From an uncultured Acidobacteriota bacterium (GTDB taxonomy: Bacteria > Acidobacteriota > Thermoanaerobaculia > UBA5066 > Gp7-AA6): 64,000 bases of DNA. The translations under genes and the position numbers were made by a program. Under the pieces are notes generated by a model that worked only from the letters and a program-made list of their open reading frames with translations, did not search any database and was not told the origin of the DNA. The stretch lies in assembly GCA_963782815.1 (NCBI GenBank), contig CAWALG010000016.1, positions 11,372 to 75,371 on the forward strand, given 5' to 3'. The first letter of the stretch is position 1; each line of letters opens with the position of its first letter. Shown in pieces: positions 41,927 to 52,636 of this stretch.

Positions 41927-43300
41927 TTAATAGGCCTCGAGGTATTTGTCCACTTCCCAGGGCTGGACCTTGGAGATGTACTCCGCCCACTCGCCCCGCT
42001 TGGCTTCCAGGAAGTGCGACAGGATGTGCTCGCCGAGCGCCTCCGTCACGACGTCGTCCTTCTCGAGATTGTCGAGCGCCTCGGAGAGGTTGGCCGGAAG
42101 CTGGTCGATCCGCAGCCGCCGCTTCTCGCGCTCGCTCATCTTGAAGACGTTGCGGTCCACCGGCTCGCCCGGGTCCATCTTGTTCTTCACGCCGTCGAGT
42201 CCGGAGGCGAGCATCACGCCGAAGGCGAGGTACGGGTTGCAGGAGGGGTCGGGCATGCGGACCTCGATCCGCGTGCCCATGCCGCGCCGCGCCGGCACGC
42301 GCACGAGCGGCGAGCGGTTGCGCATGGACCAGGCCACGTTGACCGGCGCCTCGTACCCTGGCACGAGCCGCTTGTAGGAGTTGACGAGAGGATTCGTGAC
42401 CGCGACGAACGCCTTCGCGTGGCGCAGGATGCCGCCCGTGTAGTGAAGAGCGGTCTTGCTCAACTGGTACTTGGCCTTCGAGTCGTAGAAGACGTTGTTC
42501 CCCTTCGAGTCGAGGAACGACTGGTGCGTGTGCATTCCCGAGCCGTTGATCCCGAAGATCGGCTTGGGCATGAACGTGGCGTGCAGGCCGTGGTCCATGG
42601 CGACCTTCTTGACGATGAACCGGAAGGTCGAGACCCGGTCGGCGGTCGTGACGGCGTCGGCGTACTTGAAGTCGATCTCGTGCTGGCCGGCCGCGACCTC
42701 GTGGTGGGCCGCCTCGACCTCGAATCCCATCTGCTCGAGGGCGAGGACGATGTCGCGGCGGGCCTCTTCTCCCCGGTCCACGGGGGTCAGGTCGAAGTAG
42801 GCGCCCTGGTCGTGCGTGTCCACGATCGGGTCGCCGTTGGCGTCGCGGCGGAAGAGGAAGAACTCCGCCTCGGGGCCCGTCACGAGGACGTACCCGAGCG
42901 CCGCCGCCTTGTCCATCTGCTTCTTGAGCGTCATGCGCGGGCAGCCGGGGAACGGCGTGCCGTCCGGGTTGTAGACGTCGCAGATCAGGCGGCCGACCTT
43001 CTCCCCGCCGTTGTGGGCCCACGGGTAGATCGCGAAGGAGCCCAGGTCCGGCACGAGGTTCATGTCGGATTCCTCGATGCGCGTGAAGCCCTCGATCGAC
43101 GACCCGTCGAACTGGATCTCGCCGTCGAGCGCCTTCTCGAACTGGGAACGGGGAATCTCCACGTTCTTGATGACGCCCAGGATGTCGGTGAACTGAAGCC
43201 GCATGAACCGGACGTTCTCCGAGTTGCACACCTTCAGGATCTCCGGCTTGGACAGGCCCGGCCCCGCGGCGTCGAACTTCAGAATCTTCGCCTTCGCCAT
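41927..43300 (-). CDS. glnA: Glutamine synthetase type I
   Basis: LQFTDILG, FDGSSIEGF, HHEVAAGQHEIDF, FMPKPIFGINGSGMH, YKRLVPGYEAP; GGAG RBS before ATG 43300. Confidence 0.97.
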   Translation of the reverse strand: MAKAKILKFDAAGPGLSKPEILKVCNSENVRFMRLQFTDILGVIKNVEIPRSQFEKALDGEIQFDGSSIEGFTRIEESDMNLVPDLGSFAIYPWAHNGGEKVGRLICDVYNPDGTPFPGCPRMTLKKQMDKAAALGYVLVTGPEAEFFLFRRDANGDPIVDTHDQGAYFDLTPVDRGEEARRDIVLALEQMGFEVEAAHHEVAAGQHEIDFKYADAVTTADRVSTFRFIVKKVAMDHGLHATFMPKPIFGINGSGMHTHQSFLDSKGNNVFYDSKAKYQLSKTALHYTGGILRHAKAFVAVTNPLVNSYKRLVPGYEAPVNVAWSMRNRSPLVRVPARRGMGTRIEVRMPDPSCNPYLAFGVMLASGLDGVKNKMDPGEPVDRNVFKMSEREKRRLRIDQLPANLSEALDNLEKDDVVTEALGEHILSHFLEAKRGEWAEYISKVQPWEVDKYLEAY

Positions 43301-43331
43301 TGTGCTCTCCTTTTTTGACAATTTCCGCAGG

Positions 43332-43416
43332 ATTCTAGTGTCATTTCTCGAAAACTCAACGTGTTTTTTTGAGAAACGACCAAAAAATCGTGCCGGGATG
43401 CACAATTCTCTGTGCA
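43332..43416. promoter_or_regulatory. glnA promoter and palindromic operator candidates
   Basis: Minus strand TTGAGT-N16-TAGAAT; inverted repeat 43340-43380; TGCACA-N6-TGTGCA at 43399-43416. Confidence 0.55.
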
Positions 43417-43485
43417 AACCGTCGGCGGGAGAGGGACGCGGCACCGCCGAATGATGTAATTTAATCTTCTCTCGAAGGGGGACTC

Positions 43486-45023
43486 ATGAGCGCGGTCGAA
43501 CTGCTTTCGCCTCGAGCCGTCCGGGCGAGAACGATTTTGAAAGACCAGCCCGGCCAGCGCCTTCGGGAGATGGCCCGCTCCGGCGAGAGAACGACCGAGT
43601 ACGGCTCCCCCGTCTATTCGACCCGCGTCAAGAACCGCTCCGCCAGGAACACCTACATCGTCTCGGATGTCGAGGTCGGAGTGAAGCAGCAGGCGATGGA
43701 TCCCGCGAGCGCGCAGGAGACGATCCGCAGGGTCCAGGAAGCGCTCGCCGGCATGGACCTCATCCAGGTGGACCGCCGGATGGGCGACAACCCCGCCGCC
43801 ACGCTGCGCTGCCGCCTCTTCGTCCCCCGCGACTACGCCCGCATCGCCTTCATGTGGCACAACATGCTCTTCCACTCCGATTCCTCCTTCGAGCCGGACT
43901 TCGTCTCCGTGTACGTGCCCGACTGGCCGGAGAGGCTCATCTTCTGCGACGTCACGCAGGGCTACACCTACATCCTCGGGACCGACTACCCGGGAGAGGC
44001 CAAGAAGTCGATGCTGAGGCAGGCGATGTACTGGATGAAGCGCCGCGGCGGCCTGGGCCTCCACGCCGGCTCCAAGATCCTGCGCGTCCAGGAAGGAGCG
44101 GGGCGCTCCGGGACGTGGGGTTCCTCCTCTTCGGGCTCTCCGGAACGGGCAAGACCACCCTGACGCTTCACGACCACGGGCTCGAAGATCCCGAGAAGGC
44201 GATCATCAAGCAGGACGACGTCGTGCTCCTGAACGCGCAGGGGGGCGCCTACGGCACGGAGGACGGCTTCTACATCAAGACCGAGGGGCTCGAGCCCACC
44301 CAGACCGTGCTCTGGGGCGCGGCGACGCATCCGACCGCCGTCTACGAGAACATCCGGGTGGACGATCAGGGGAAAGTGGACTTCCTGGACACGTCGGTGA
44401 CTTCCAACGGCCGCGGCGTGGTCCTGCGCCGTTTCATCAAGGGGACCGACGACGGGATCGACCTCGCGAAGGCGAACAAGATCGTGTTCATCACGCGGCG
44501 AAACGACGTCGTGCCCGTCTGCGCGCGGCTGACCAGCGAGCAGGCGGCCGCCTATTTCATGCTCGGCGAATCCATCGAGACGTCGGCCGGCGATCCGACC
44601 CGCGCCGGCCAGGCCAAGCGCGAGGTCGGCACGAACCCCTTCATCGTCGGGCCCGAGTCGGAGGAAGGAAACCGGCTGCTCGAGATCCTCCGCCGGAACC
44701 CGGACATGCAGGCCTACATCCTGAACACCGGCTCCGTCGGCGCCGGCGACGGTTTCCCCGGCGAGAAGATCTCGATCAGGGTCTCGACGGAGATCATGAA
44801 GCAGATCGCCCGGGAGGCGATCGTCTGGAAGCGGGACCCCGACTGGGGCTACGAAGTGCCCGCCGCCGTGCCCGGGCTCGATCTGTCCAGGTGCATGCCG
44901 TTCAGCTACTACACGCCGGAGGCCTATCGCGAGCTGGTCGGAAAACTGCGCGAGGAGCGGCGGAGCTGGCTGTCGCAGTTCCCGGGCCTCGATCCCGTGA
45001 TCCCGCGCGCCATCGAACCCTAG
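43486..45023 (+). CDS. pckA: Phosphoenolpyruvate carboxykinase (ATP), one frameshift
   Basis: YPGEAKKS, LGLHAG, LFGLSGTGKTTL, EDGFYIKT, YENI, NGRGV, NPF, LNTG. Confidence 0.92.
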
Positions 45024-45045
45024 CAGGCCGGGAGCAGGAAATCCC

Positions 45046-46168
45046 ATGGTCGAGGTCCGGGGCCTCGAAAACGTCGTCGCGGCGGACTCTTCGATCTGTT
45101 ACATCGACGGCGCGCGCGGCATCCTGTCGTACCGCGGCATCGACATCCACGATCTGGCCGAGAACTCGAGCTTCGAGGAGGTCTGCTTTCTGCTCTGGGA
45201 GGGGAGGCTCCCGCGACGCCCGGAGCTCGAGGCCACGCGCGAGGCGATCGGCGGGCAGCGCGCCGTCCCGCCTCAGACGCTCGAGCTCGTCGGCCGCCTC
45301 GCCGCGCGCTCGGCGCCGATGGACGCTCTTCGCACGGCGGTCTCCGCGCTCTCCGAGACGGACCCGGACGCCCGGGACATGAGCCCCGCGGCCAACCGCC
45401 GGAAGGCCGTGCGCTTGACGGGGCAGATCGCCACCGTCGTCGCCGCGTTTCACCGGCTGCGGGAGGGCAGGCCCTTCGTGCCGCCCGACCCGGGACGAAC
45501 GCACGCGGAGGACTTTCTGAGGATGCTCGACGGCGAGACGGCCCGCTCCTCGGCCGTCCGGGCTTTCGACATCGCGCTCGTCCTCCATGCCGACCACGAG
45601 TTGAATGCCTCGACCTTCGCCGCGCGCGTGACCGCCGCGACGCTGTCCGACATGCATTCGGCGATCACGTCGGCCATCGGGACGCTCAAGGGGCCCCTCC
45701 ACGGCGGAGCCAACGAAGCCGTCCTCCAGATGCTCCTCGAGATCGGCTCCCTCGATCGCGTGGACGAGGAGATCCGGGCGCGGCTCGACCGCAAGGAGCG
45801 GATCATGGGCTTCGGCCACCGCGTCTATACGACCGAGGACCCGAGGGCGACGCACCTGCGAGCGATGTCCGGGGCCGTGGCCGAGTCCTCCGGAGACACG
45901 CGCCTGTACGACATGTCCCGCCGCATCGAGCAGATCCTGAAAGAGCGAGAAGAACCTCAACGCCAACGTGGACTTCTACTCGGCCTCGCTCTACTCCATG
46001 CTGGGTCTTCCGCCGGATCTCTTCACGCCGATCTTCGCCGTCTCGCGGATCTCCGGCTGGACCGCCCACGTTCTCGAGCAATACGCCGGCAACCGCCTGA
46101 TCCGCCCGCGCGCCGAATACACCGGCCCGCCCTACCCCCAGCCCTACGTCCCGCTGGAGGCCCGGTAG
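45046..46168 (+). CDS. gltA: Citrate synthase (type I / 2-methylcitrate synthase family), one frameshift
   Basis: GLENVVA, LSYRG, HADHELNASTF, GPLHGGAN, GFGHRVY, NVDFYS, RLIRPRAEY. Confidence 0.9.
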
Positions 46169-49100
46169 AGCGCGTCTCCGCTCGAGGCCTGGCCGGGAGC
46201 CTCCTCGCCGAACCTTCCCGGCGCCAGCATCGCGGCAAAACCGGCCGGGTCCTCGATCTTCTGCTCCCGCATCCAGGCGTCCGCGGAATCCACGAGGGCC
46301 TTTCCCTTTTCCCCGCCGAGGATCGTTCCGAGGCATCGCCGGCTCACGGCGGCGTAAAGAGCCATGTCGGTCAGCGCGAACGAACTCGCCGCGAAGCCGA
46401 GTCGACGCGCGGTCTGCTTCCAATCGCCCCGGATGGACGCGATTCCGGCCCGCGCGAGAGCGGCGAGAGCATCGGCCCAGTGGACCCGTTCGCGCTCGAG
46501 TCGGCGCGAATCGGAGAGGGCTTCCTCGAGGAGCGACTCCGATTCCGGGGCATCGGCCAGGGCGGCCGTGGCGATCCGGCTGCGGGCGCAGAGATGAACC
46601 CACTCCACCCGCAGGTGGTGGACGCGCATCAGCCGGGAACGCCGGAGCGCCTCCCGGCTCTCCCGCACGAGACTCAAGGCGACGCGCGGTTCCCTCATGT
46701 AGAGGGCGATGTCGGCTTGCGCGAAGAGGGCATGGTAGTGCTGCACGTAGAAACCCCGCTTCGACCAGCGCGCGACGGCATCCTGCGTATCCACCCGCGC
46801 CTTTTTCGGCTCGCCGGCGGCGAGCCAGGCGACGTAGCCGTGCCGGGCGCGCAGGCTCGTCTCCGCGAAGAGATCGTCGCGCTCTTTTGCCTCCCGCAGA
46901 AGAGTCGGGAGACGGGAGGAGATCTCGGCGATCTCGCCCAGATAGAAGAGAGCCCGCAGGGAGAAGATATGAAAGGTGTCGAGCTCCCAGGCGACCCCCG
47001 TGCAACGCTCTCGGAGGATGGCCTCCCCTTTCTCGGCCAGATGCCAGGCCGTCTTCCACCGGCCTTCGGCGAAGGCCGTGATCCCGACCGCGAGTTGCGC
47101 GACTCCGAGCGCCTGCGGATGGCCGACCCGCGCGGCCAGCTGCGTCGCCATCTCCACCAGCCGCGCCGTGCGGCGCGCGTTCGGAGGTCCTCCCATCGCC
47201 GAGTAGCCCGCCTCGTTGGATATCGCCCGCGCGATCCGGTAGGGCTCGCCGGTCTTCAGCGCAAGAAGCAGGTGACGCGCCTGGAAGTCGCGGCCCCGGG
47301 GCGTGTCGATGATGCTCAGGCCCGACGACAACGACCAGAGGGTGTCGATCCGCATCAGCTGCTCGGGAGCGACCTGCGAGGCGTCCCGCTCGCGGAACTT
47401 CAGCCCGCGCAGCCGGATCCGGAGCCGGTGATAGAGGAATAGGAGAAGGGACCCGAGGTTGCTCTCGGCGTACCGGAATCCCAGGGCCACGAGAACGCCG
47501 CGCAGCACCGGCAGGCTCTGGTCGATGTGCCCGCTCATGAGAAGCTGCTCGGCGGCGCGGCGCTGAAGCTCCAGACCCTCGGCCTTGCCCGCTCCCCGAG
47601 ACGCCGCCATGTACGAGTCGGCAGCCTCCGCGCCGCGGCCGGCGTTGGCCAGCGCGTCTCCGAGATGGACCTGCAGCAAGCGGCGCGCCTCCGGCTCGGC
47701 CTTTTCCGACAGCTCCAGGGCCATGAGGTAGAGCCGCGCCGCCTGATCGAACGCCAGGGTCTCGGACGCCCGCCCGGCCGCAGTGGCCGCGTACTCGGCG
47801 GCACGGTCGGGATCCTCCGCTCCCCTCCAGTGCATCGCGAGCCACTCGGGGTCCGCCTGCCCGGAGGCCTCCAGGGCGACGGCCAGCCGCTGGTGTCGCT
47901 CTTTGAGCTCCTGCGGCGAGAGGCCGTCCGCAACGGCTTCGCGGATGCGGTCGTGGTAGGTCTCGATCTCCTCGACGGTCTCGGTCTCGCGCGTGCGGAT
48001 CAGGCGCCCGATTCTCAGTCCCTGGACGAAGTTCTCTCGCGGGTCGGGCTCCGCGGCATTGCGGAGCACATCGAACCGGATCGGCCGGCCCGCCACGGCC
48101 ACCATCTCGAGAAACCGTCTCGCCCCCGGGGAGAGGCGGGAGACGCGGGCGCGAATCACGCGGTCCAGAGTGATCGCCGCCTCCGCGTCCTTGTCCGCCG
48201 GGATCAGGACGGACTCCCCCTCACCCTCGCCGCGCGCGGAGCGCGCCAGCTCGGAGAGGAAGAACGGGTTTCCCGACGACTCGCGGGCGAGGGTCTCGGC
48301 GAGCGCCTCCGTTTCACGGCGCGAATCGGTCAGGAGCGCGCGGGCGAGATCCCGCGCTTCCTCCGGCTCGAGCCGGTCCACCTCGATCCTGCTCCACTCG
48401 CCCGACCCGAGCCTCTGCGGCAGGAGCTTGACCAGCGCCGGGCTCGTGGCGGCCTCTTCGCTCCGGTAGGCCACGATCAGCAGGAGCGGAGGCGCCTCCG
48501 GAGGACGCATCAATTCCTCGAGCATCGCGGCGCTGTCCACGTCCCCCCAATGCAGATCGTCGATGAAGAGGACGAGCGGGCTCTCTTCCGCCAGGCGCGC
48601 CGCGAGCTCCCGGAAGGCGCCGAACGCGCGCCGCCGCAGCTCGTGAACGTCCCGGATCTCGAGCACGCGGCGCCGCGCGCCCGCCACCGCCTCCACGCGC
48701 CGGAGCACCGGGAAGAGGCGCGCCAGGGCGAGGACGTCCCTGGGCATGAGCGCCTCGGCCCTTGCGAGCGGCAGCCGCTTGAGATGGTTGCTCAAGCCGT
48801 CCATGAGGCTGTCGAGAGCCTTGTAGGGGACGGACTCTCTCTCGTAACAGCGGCCGGTCAGGATGACGACCGGCTGGCCGGCGCGGAGAGTGGCGAGAAA
48901 GCGGCGGACGAGCGCACTCTTGCCCACGCCTGACTCGCCGTGGACGGCGACTGTCACCGCCTCTCCCTGCTCCGCCTTCCGGAACGCTTCCAGGAGCCGC
49001 GTCAGATGGCTCTGCCTCCCGACGAAGGGTCTCCGGGACTCGCTCCGGAAAGAGGGAGACGCCGCGCCCGTGAGCTGCCCACCGAGCCTCCGGACGATCT

Positions 49101-50013
49101 CCTCTCCCGTCGGCCGGCGACCGGGATCCCGCCGCAGCAGGTCGCGGCACAACTCATCCAGATCCTCGGGGATACCAGAAGCCAGCTCCCGCGGGGGCCT
49201 CGGCTCGCGGATCATCTTCTCCCGAAGGATCTCGGAAGAGGTGCCCGCGAAGGGACTCTTGCCGGTCAGCGACTCGTACAACATCACGCCGAAGCTGTAC
49301 CAATCGCTGGCCTGCGACACGGTCTGACCGGCGCCCTGTTCCGGCGACATGTAGGTCGGTGTGCCGGCCAGAATCATGCTCTGTTCGCTGTCGGCCAGAT
49401 CGAGTTCGGTCACGAGGCCGAAATCGAGGAGAACGACTCGATCGGACTGCGTCACCAGGACGTTGGAGGACTTGATGTCGCGATGGAGCTTCCCGGCCGC
49501 GTGCAGCGCCCGGATACCGGAAGTGGCCTGGAGGAGACCGGACCGCAGGCGCGCGAAATTGACGCGGGCGGGACGGGAGCCGTATTCCGCGGCGGGGGCC
49601 TCCGCAAGCGCCGGGGCATTGGCATGCCGCCCGATCGTCAGCGTCTCCAGCGTGGAGTCGACCGGCGCCGAGGTGACTTCCGAATCCGTCCCGTAACTCT
49701 CCCGGTCACGGACGTAGTCGAGAAAGCTCTTTCCCTCGACCAGCTCCATGGTGAAGAACCACTGGCCGCCCTCGGACAGCAGCTCGTAGAGGGCCGCGAG
49801 ATTGGGATGCGTAATGTCCGCGAGGGAGCGAAACTCCTTCTTCAGCCGGTAGAGGGCTTCGTCACCCGTTCGCCGCAGCGTCTTCAGCGCGACGACGCTC
49901 GAACGCTCGCGGTCGTACGCCTCGTACACCACGCCGAAGGCTCCGGCGCCCAGCCGCCGCCGCAGCTGGAATCGCGCCGTTCCTGCGAACGGCTCCTCCC
50001 CCGCGTCCGCCAT
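46144..50013 (-). CDS. Ser/Thr protein kinase fused to STAND-type AAA ATPase and helical-repeat C-terminus (1289 aa)
   Basis: LGAGAFGVVY, VALK, HRDIKSSN, DFG, GTPTYMSPE; FVGR, GESGVGKS, FIDDLHWGD, GNPFFL. Confidence 0.92.
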   Translation of the reverse strand: MADAGEEPFAGTARFQLRRRLGAGAFGVVYEAYDRERSSVVALKTLRRTGDEALYRLKKEFRSLADITHPNLAALYELLSEGGQWFFTMELVEGKSFLDYVRDRESYGTDSEVTSAPVDSTLETLTIGRHANAPALAEAPAAEYGSRPARVNFARLRSGLLQATSGIRALHAAGKLHRDIKSSNVLVTQSDRVVLLDFGLVTELDLADSEQSMILAGTPTYMSPEQGAGQTVSQASDWYSFGVMLYESLTGKSPFAGTSSEILREKMIREPRPPRELASGIPEDLDELCRDLLRRDPGRRPTGEEIVRRLGGQLTGAASPSFRSESRRPFVGRQSHLTRLLEAFRKAEQGEAVTVAVHGESGVGKSALVRRFLATLRAGQPVVILTGRCYERESVPYKALDSLMDGLSNHLKRLPLARAEALMPRDVLALARLFPVLRRVEAVAGARRRVLEIRDVHELRRRAFGAFRELAARLAEESPLVLFIDDLHWGDVDSAAMLEELMRPPEAPPLLLIVAYRSEEAATSPALVKLLPQRLGSGEWSRIEVDRLEPEEARDLARALLTDSRRETEALAETLARESSGNPFFLSELARSARGEGEGESVLIPADKDAEAAITLDRVIRARVSRLSPGARRFLEMVAVAGRPIRFDVLRNAAEPDPRENFVQGLRIGRLIRTRETETVEEIETYHDRIREAVADGLSPQELKERHQRLAVALEASGQADPEWLAMHWRGAEDPDRAAEYAATAAGRASETLAFDQAARLYLMALELSEKAEPEARRLLQVHLGDALANAGRGAEAADSYMAASRGAGKAEGLELQRRAAEQLLMSGHIDQSLPVLRGVLVALGFRYAESNLGSLLLFLYHRLRIRLRGLKFRERDASQVAPEQLMRIDTLWSLSSGLSIIDTPRGRDFQARHLLLALKTGEPYRIARAISNEAGYSAMGGPPNARRTARLVEMATQLAARVGHPQALGVAQLAVGITAFAEGRWKTAWHLAEKGEAILRERCTGVAWELDTFHIFSLRALFYLGEIAEISSRLPTLLREAKERDDLFAETSLRARHGYVAWLAAGEPKKARVDTQDAVARWSKRGFYVQHYHALFAQADIALYMREPRVALSLVRESREALRRSRLMRVHHLRVEWVHLCARSRIATAALADAPESESLLEEALSDSRRLERERVHWADALAALARAGIASIRGDWKQTARRLGFAASSFALTDMALYAAVSRRCLGTILGGEKGKALVDSADAWMREQKIEDPAGFAAMLAPGRFGEEAPGQASSGDALYRASSGT

Positions 50014-50119
50014 TTCTCCGCCGTTCTCGACGTCGAGCCGCCGCGTGTCTTGTGGCCGGTATTCTACTCGCGGCGGACCGGCAAGGCCCGCCGAACGCGC
50101 TGTTTCGCGCGGGCCCTCT

Positions 50120-50851
50120 CTATTCGCCCAGGTAGGCTTCTTTGACTTTGGGGTTGGCGGCGACCTCGTCGGAGGTCCCTTCCAGGGCGACGGTCCCGGT
50201 CTCCAGGACGTAGGCGCGGTTGGAGTGCTTCAGCGCCGCCATCGCGTTCTGCTCGACGAGGAGCACCGGGGTTCCCTGCCGGTGGATTTCTTCGATCGCC
50301 TCGAAGATCGTGTGGACGAGGATGGGCGCGAGCCCCAGGGAGGGCTCGTCCAGGAGCAGGACCTGGGGACGGGACATCAGGGCGCGCCCGATCGCGAGCA
50401 TCTGCTGTTCTCCCCCCGAGAGCGTTCCGCCGGACTGCTTCTCCCTCTCCTTCAATCTCGGGAAGATCCCGTACACCTTCTCGAAGTCCTTCGCGGCCGG
50501 GCGGTCCCGGCGCGCGTAGGCTCCCATCTCCAGGTTCTCGCGGACCGTCAGGTTGGCGAAGATCGCCCGCCCCTCGGGCACGAGGATCAGGCCCTCGCGC
50601 ACGAGACGGAAGGTCGGCCGGGAACGCGTCGGCTCCCCCCGGAACCGGACCTCGCCGCGCCGCGCCGGAACGAGCCCCATGATCGCCCGCAGCGTCGTGG
50701 ACTTGCCGGCGCCGTTGGCCCCGATGAGCGTCACGATCTCTCCGGCGCGGAGCGTGAGCGAGATGCCCTTCAAGGCCTCGATCGCGCCGTAGGAGACGCG
50801 CAGGTCGCGGACCTCCAGGATCGGCGAGCCGTCCCCCGGCGCCGTGCTCAC
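50120..50851 (-). CDS. livF: Branched-chain amino acid ABC ATPase
   Basis: LIGANGAGKST, LSGGEQQMLAIGR, DEPSLGLAP. Confidence 0.93.
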   Translation of the reverse strand: MSTAPGDGSPILEVRDLRVSYGAIEALKGISLTLRAGEIVTLIGANGAGKSTTLRAIMGLVPARRGEVRFRGEPTRSRPTFRLVREGLILVPEGRAIFANLTVRENLEMGAYARRDRPAAKDFEKVYGIFPRLKEREKQSGGTLSGGEQQMLAIGRALMSRPQVLLLDEPSLGLAPILVHTIFEAIEEIHRQGTPVLLVEQNAMAALKHSNRAYVLETGTVALEGTSDEVAANPKVKEAYLGE

Positions 50852-51609
50852 GCCCCCCCCAGGTAGGCCTCGATGACCTTCGGATTCGACTGGATCTCCG
50901 CCGGCTTCCCGATGGCGATGGTCGAGCCGTAATCGAGCGCGTGGACGGTCTCGCAGATCCCCATGACGACCTTCATGTTGTGCTCGACCAAGAGGATCGC
51001 CATCCCGAAGTGGTCGCGCACCCAGCGGATCAGGTCCATCAGCTCCTTCGCCTCGTGCGGGTTCATCCCGGCCGCGGGCTCGTCCAGGAGAAGCAGGCGG
51101 GGCGAGGTCGCCATCGCGCGCGCGATCTCGAGCCTCCGCTGGCTGCCGTAAGGGAGATTCCTCGCCTTCTCGTCGGCGGCCGACTCCAGGTGGAAGATCT
51201 TCAAGAGCTCGCGGCTCTCCCGGTCGACTCTCTCCTCCTCCGAGGAGTGTTTCGGCGCGCGAAGGACGGCCGCGGCGAGCCCCGCTTCCTGCCGGCAGTG
51301 GAAGGCGACCTTGACGTTGGCGAGCACCGTCATGTCCCCGAAGAGCCGGATGTTCTGAAACGTGCGGGCGACGCCCCGGCGCGTGATCCGGCCCGTGCGA
51401 TCGCCCGCGATGTCGTTGCCGTCGAGCCGGACCGTGCCCGCGGTCGGCGCATAGACGCCGGTGATGACGTTGAACACGGTGGTCTTGCCCGCGCCGTTGG
51501 GGCCGATCAAGCCGTAGAGGCGGCCGGCGTCGAGCGTCAGGTGGAGATCGTTGACGGCCACGAGGCCGCCGAACCGCATCGTGACTCCGGAGAGCTCGAG
51601 GAGGGGCAC
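50848..51609 (-). CDS. livG: Branched-chain amino acid ABC ATPase
   Basis: GLIGPNGAGKTT, RTFQNIRLF, LPYGSQRRLEIARA. Confidence 0.93.
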   Translation of the reverse strand: MPLLELSGVTMRFGGLVAVNDLHLTLDAGRLYGLIGPNGAGKTTVFNVITGVYAPTAGTVRLDGNDIAGDRTGRITRRGVARTFQNIRLFGDMTVLANVKVAFHCRQEAGLAAAVLRAPKHSSEEERVDRESRELLKIFHLESAADEKARNLPYGSQRRLEIARAMATSPRLLLLDEPAAGMNPHEAKELMDLIRWVRDHFGMAILLVEHNMKVVMGICETVHALDYGSTIAIGKPAEIQSNPKVIEAYLGGA

Positions 51610-51622
51610 GGATCGGCTCCGG

Positions 51623-52636
51623 TCAGCCCCGCAGCGGGGTGGAAGGCACCGAAGGGAGACGCCTGCGCCGGACGAGGAACGAGGCGAACTCCCGGTGGCC
51701 GAGAATCCCCTGCGGCCGCACGATCATGATGATGACGAGAATCAGCGAGAAGAGGACCATCCGGTACTGAGCGAACTCGCGGAACCCTTCGGTCAGGGAG
51801 ATGTACAGCACGGCGCCCACGACCGACCCGGTGATCGAGCCGAGGCCGCCGATGACGATCATGATGATGATCTCGATCGATTTCAAGAACGTGAAGGAGT
51901 TCGTGTGGAGGTACATCAGGTAGTGCCCGAAGAGGCCGCCTCCGATGCCGGCCATCGCGGAGGACACGACGAAGGAGATGACCTTGCTGCGGGTCGTGTC
52001 CACCCCCATCGCCTCCGCGGCGATCTCGTCTTCGCGGATCGCGATGAGCGTGCGCCCGAAGGAGGAGTGGACGATCCGGTAGACGACCACGATCGTCAGC
52101 GCGGCGAAGAGGTAGATCCAGAAGAAGTTCGCGATCTTGGGGATCCCCGAGAAGCCGCGCGCGCCTCCCACCGCGTCGATGTTCAGGATGAAGACGCGGA
52201 TGATCTCGCCGAAACCGAGCGTCACGATCGCGAGGTAGTCCCCTCGCAGGCGCAGCGACGGGACCCCCACGAAGAACCCGGCGACCGCGGCGAGCAGCGC
52301 CCCCGCGGCCAGGCCGAGGAGCAGGACCGCGCCGTCGCCGGCCGCCGAAGGCAGGAACGAAAGCGCGGAATGGACGCGATCGCCGAAGTTCACCGTCACG
52401 TAGGCCGAGGTGTACGCGCCGATCGCCATGAACCCGGCGTGGCCGATGGAGAACTGGCCCGTGAACCCGTTGATCAGGTTCAGGCTCACGGCGAGGATGA
52501 TGTTGATGCCCGCCAGGCAGATGACCTGGAGAAGGTAGGGGGACATCGCGAGCCCCGCGCCGAACGCCCCTGTAAACAGGGCGTTGGCGGCGAGGAGCGC
52601 CGCGACGACCGCGATCGAGAGGAGGAACCCCTTCAA
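51623..52636 (-). CDS. livM: Branched-chain amino acid ABC permease
   Basis: TTG start overlapping the livH stop; GFTGQFSIGHAGF, RLRGDYLAIVTLGFGEI. Confidence 0.92.
   Translation of the reverse strand: MKGFLLSIAVVAALLAANALFTGAFGAGLAMSPYLLQVICLAGINIILAVSLNLINGFTGQFSIGHAGFMAIGAYTSAYVTVNFGDRVHSALSFLPSAAGDGAVLLLGLAAGALLAAVAGFFVGVPSLRLRGDYLAIVTLGFGEIIRVFILNIDAVGGARGFSGIPKIANFFWIYLFAALTIVVVYRIVHSSFGRTLIAIREDEIAAEAMGVDTTRSKVISFVVSSAMAGIGGGLFGHYLMYLHTNSFTFLKSIEIIIMIVIGGLGSITGSVVGAVLYISLTEGFREFAQYRMVLFSLILVIIMIVRPQGILGHREFASFLVRRRRLPSVPSTPLRG

Noticed and set aside
45046-47442. 798-aa citrate synthase fusion and other long alternative or antisense ORFs
   Set aside because: Frameshift read-through into the antisense of the kinase gene; Arg/Pro/Gly-rich shadow ORFs are expected in high-GC DNA.
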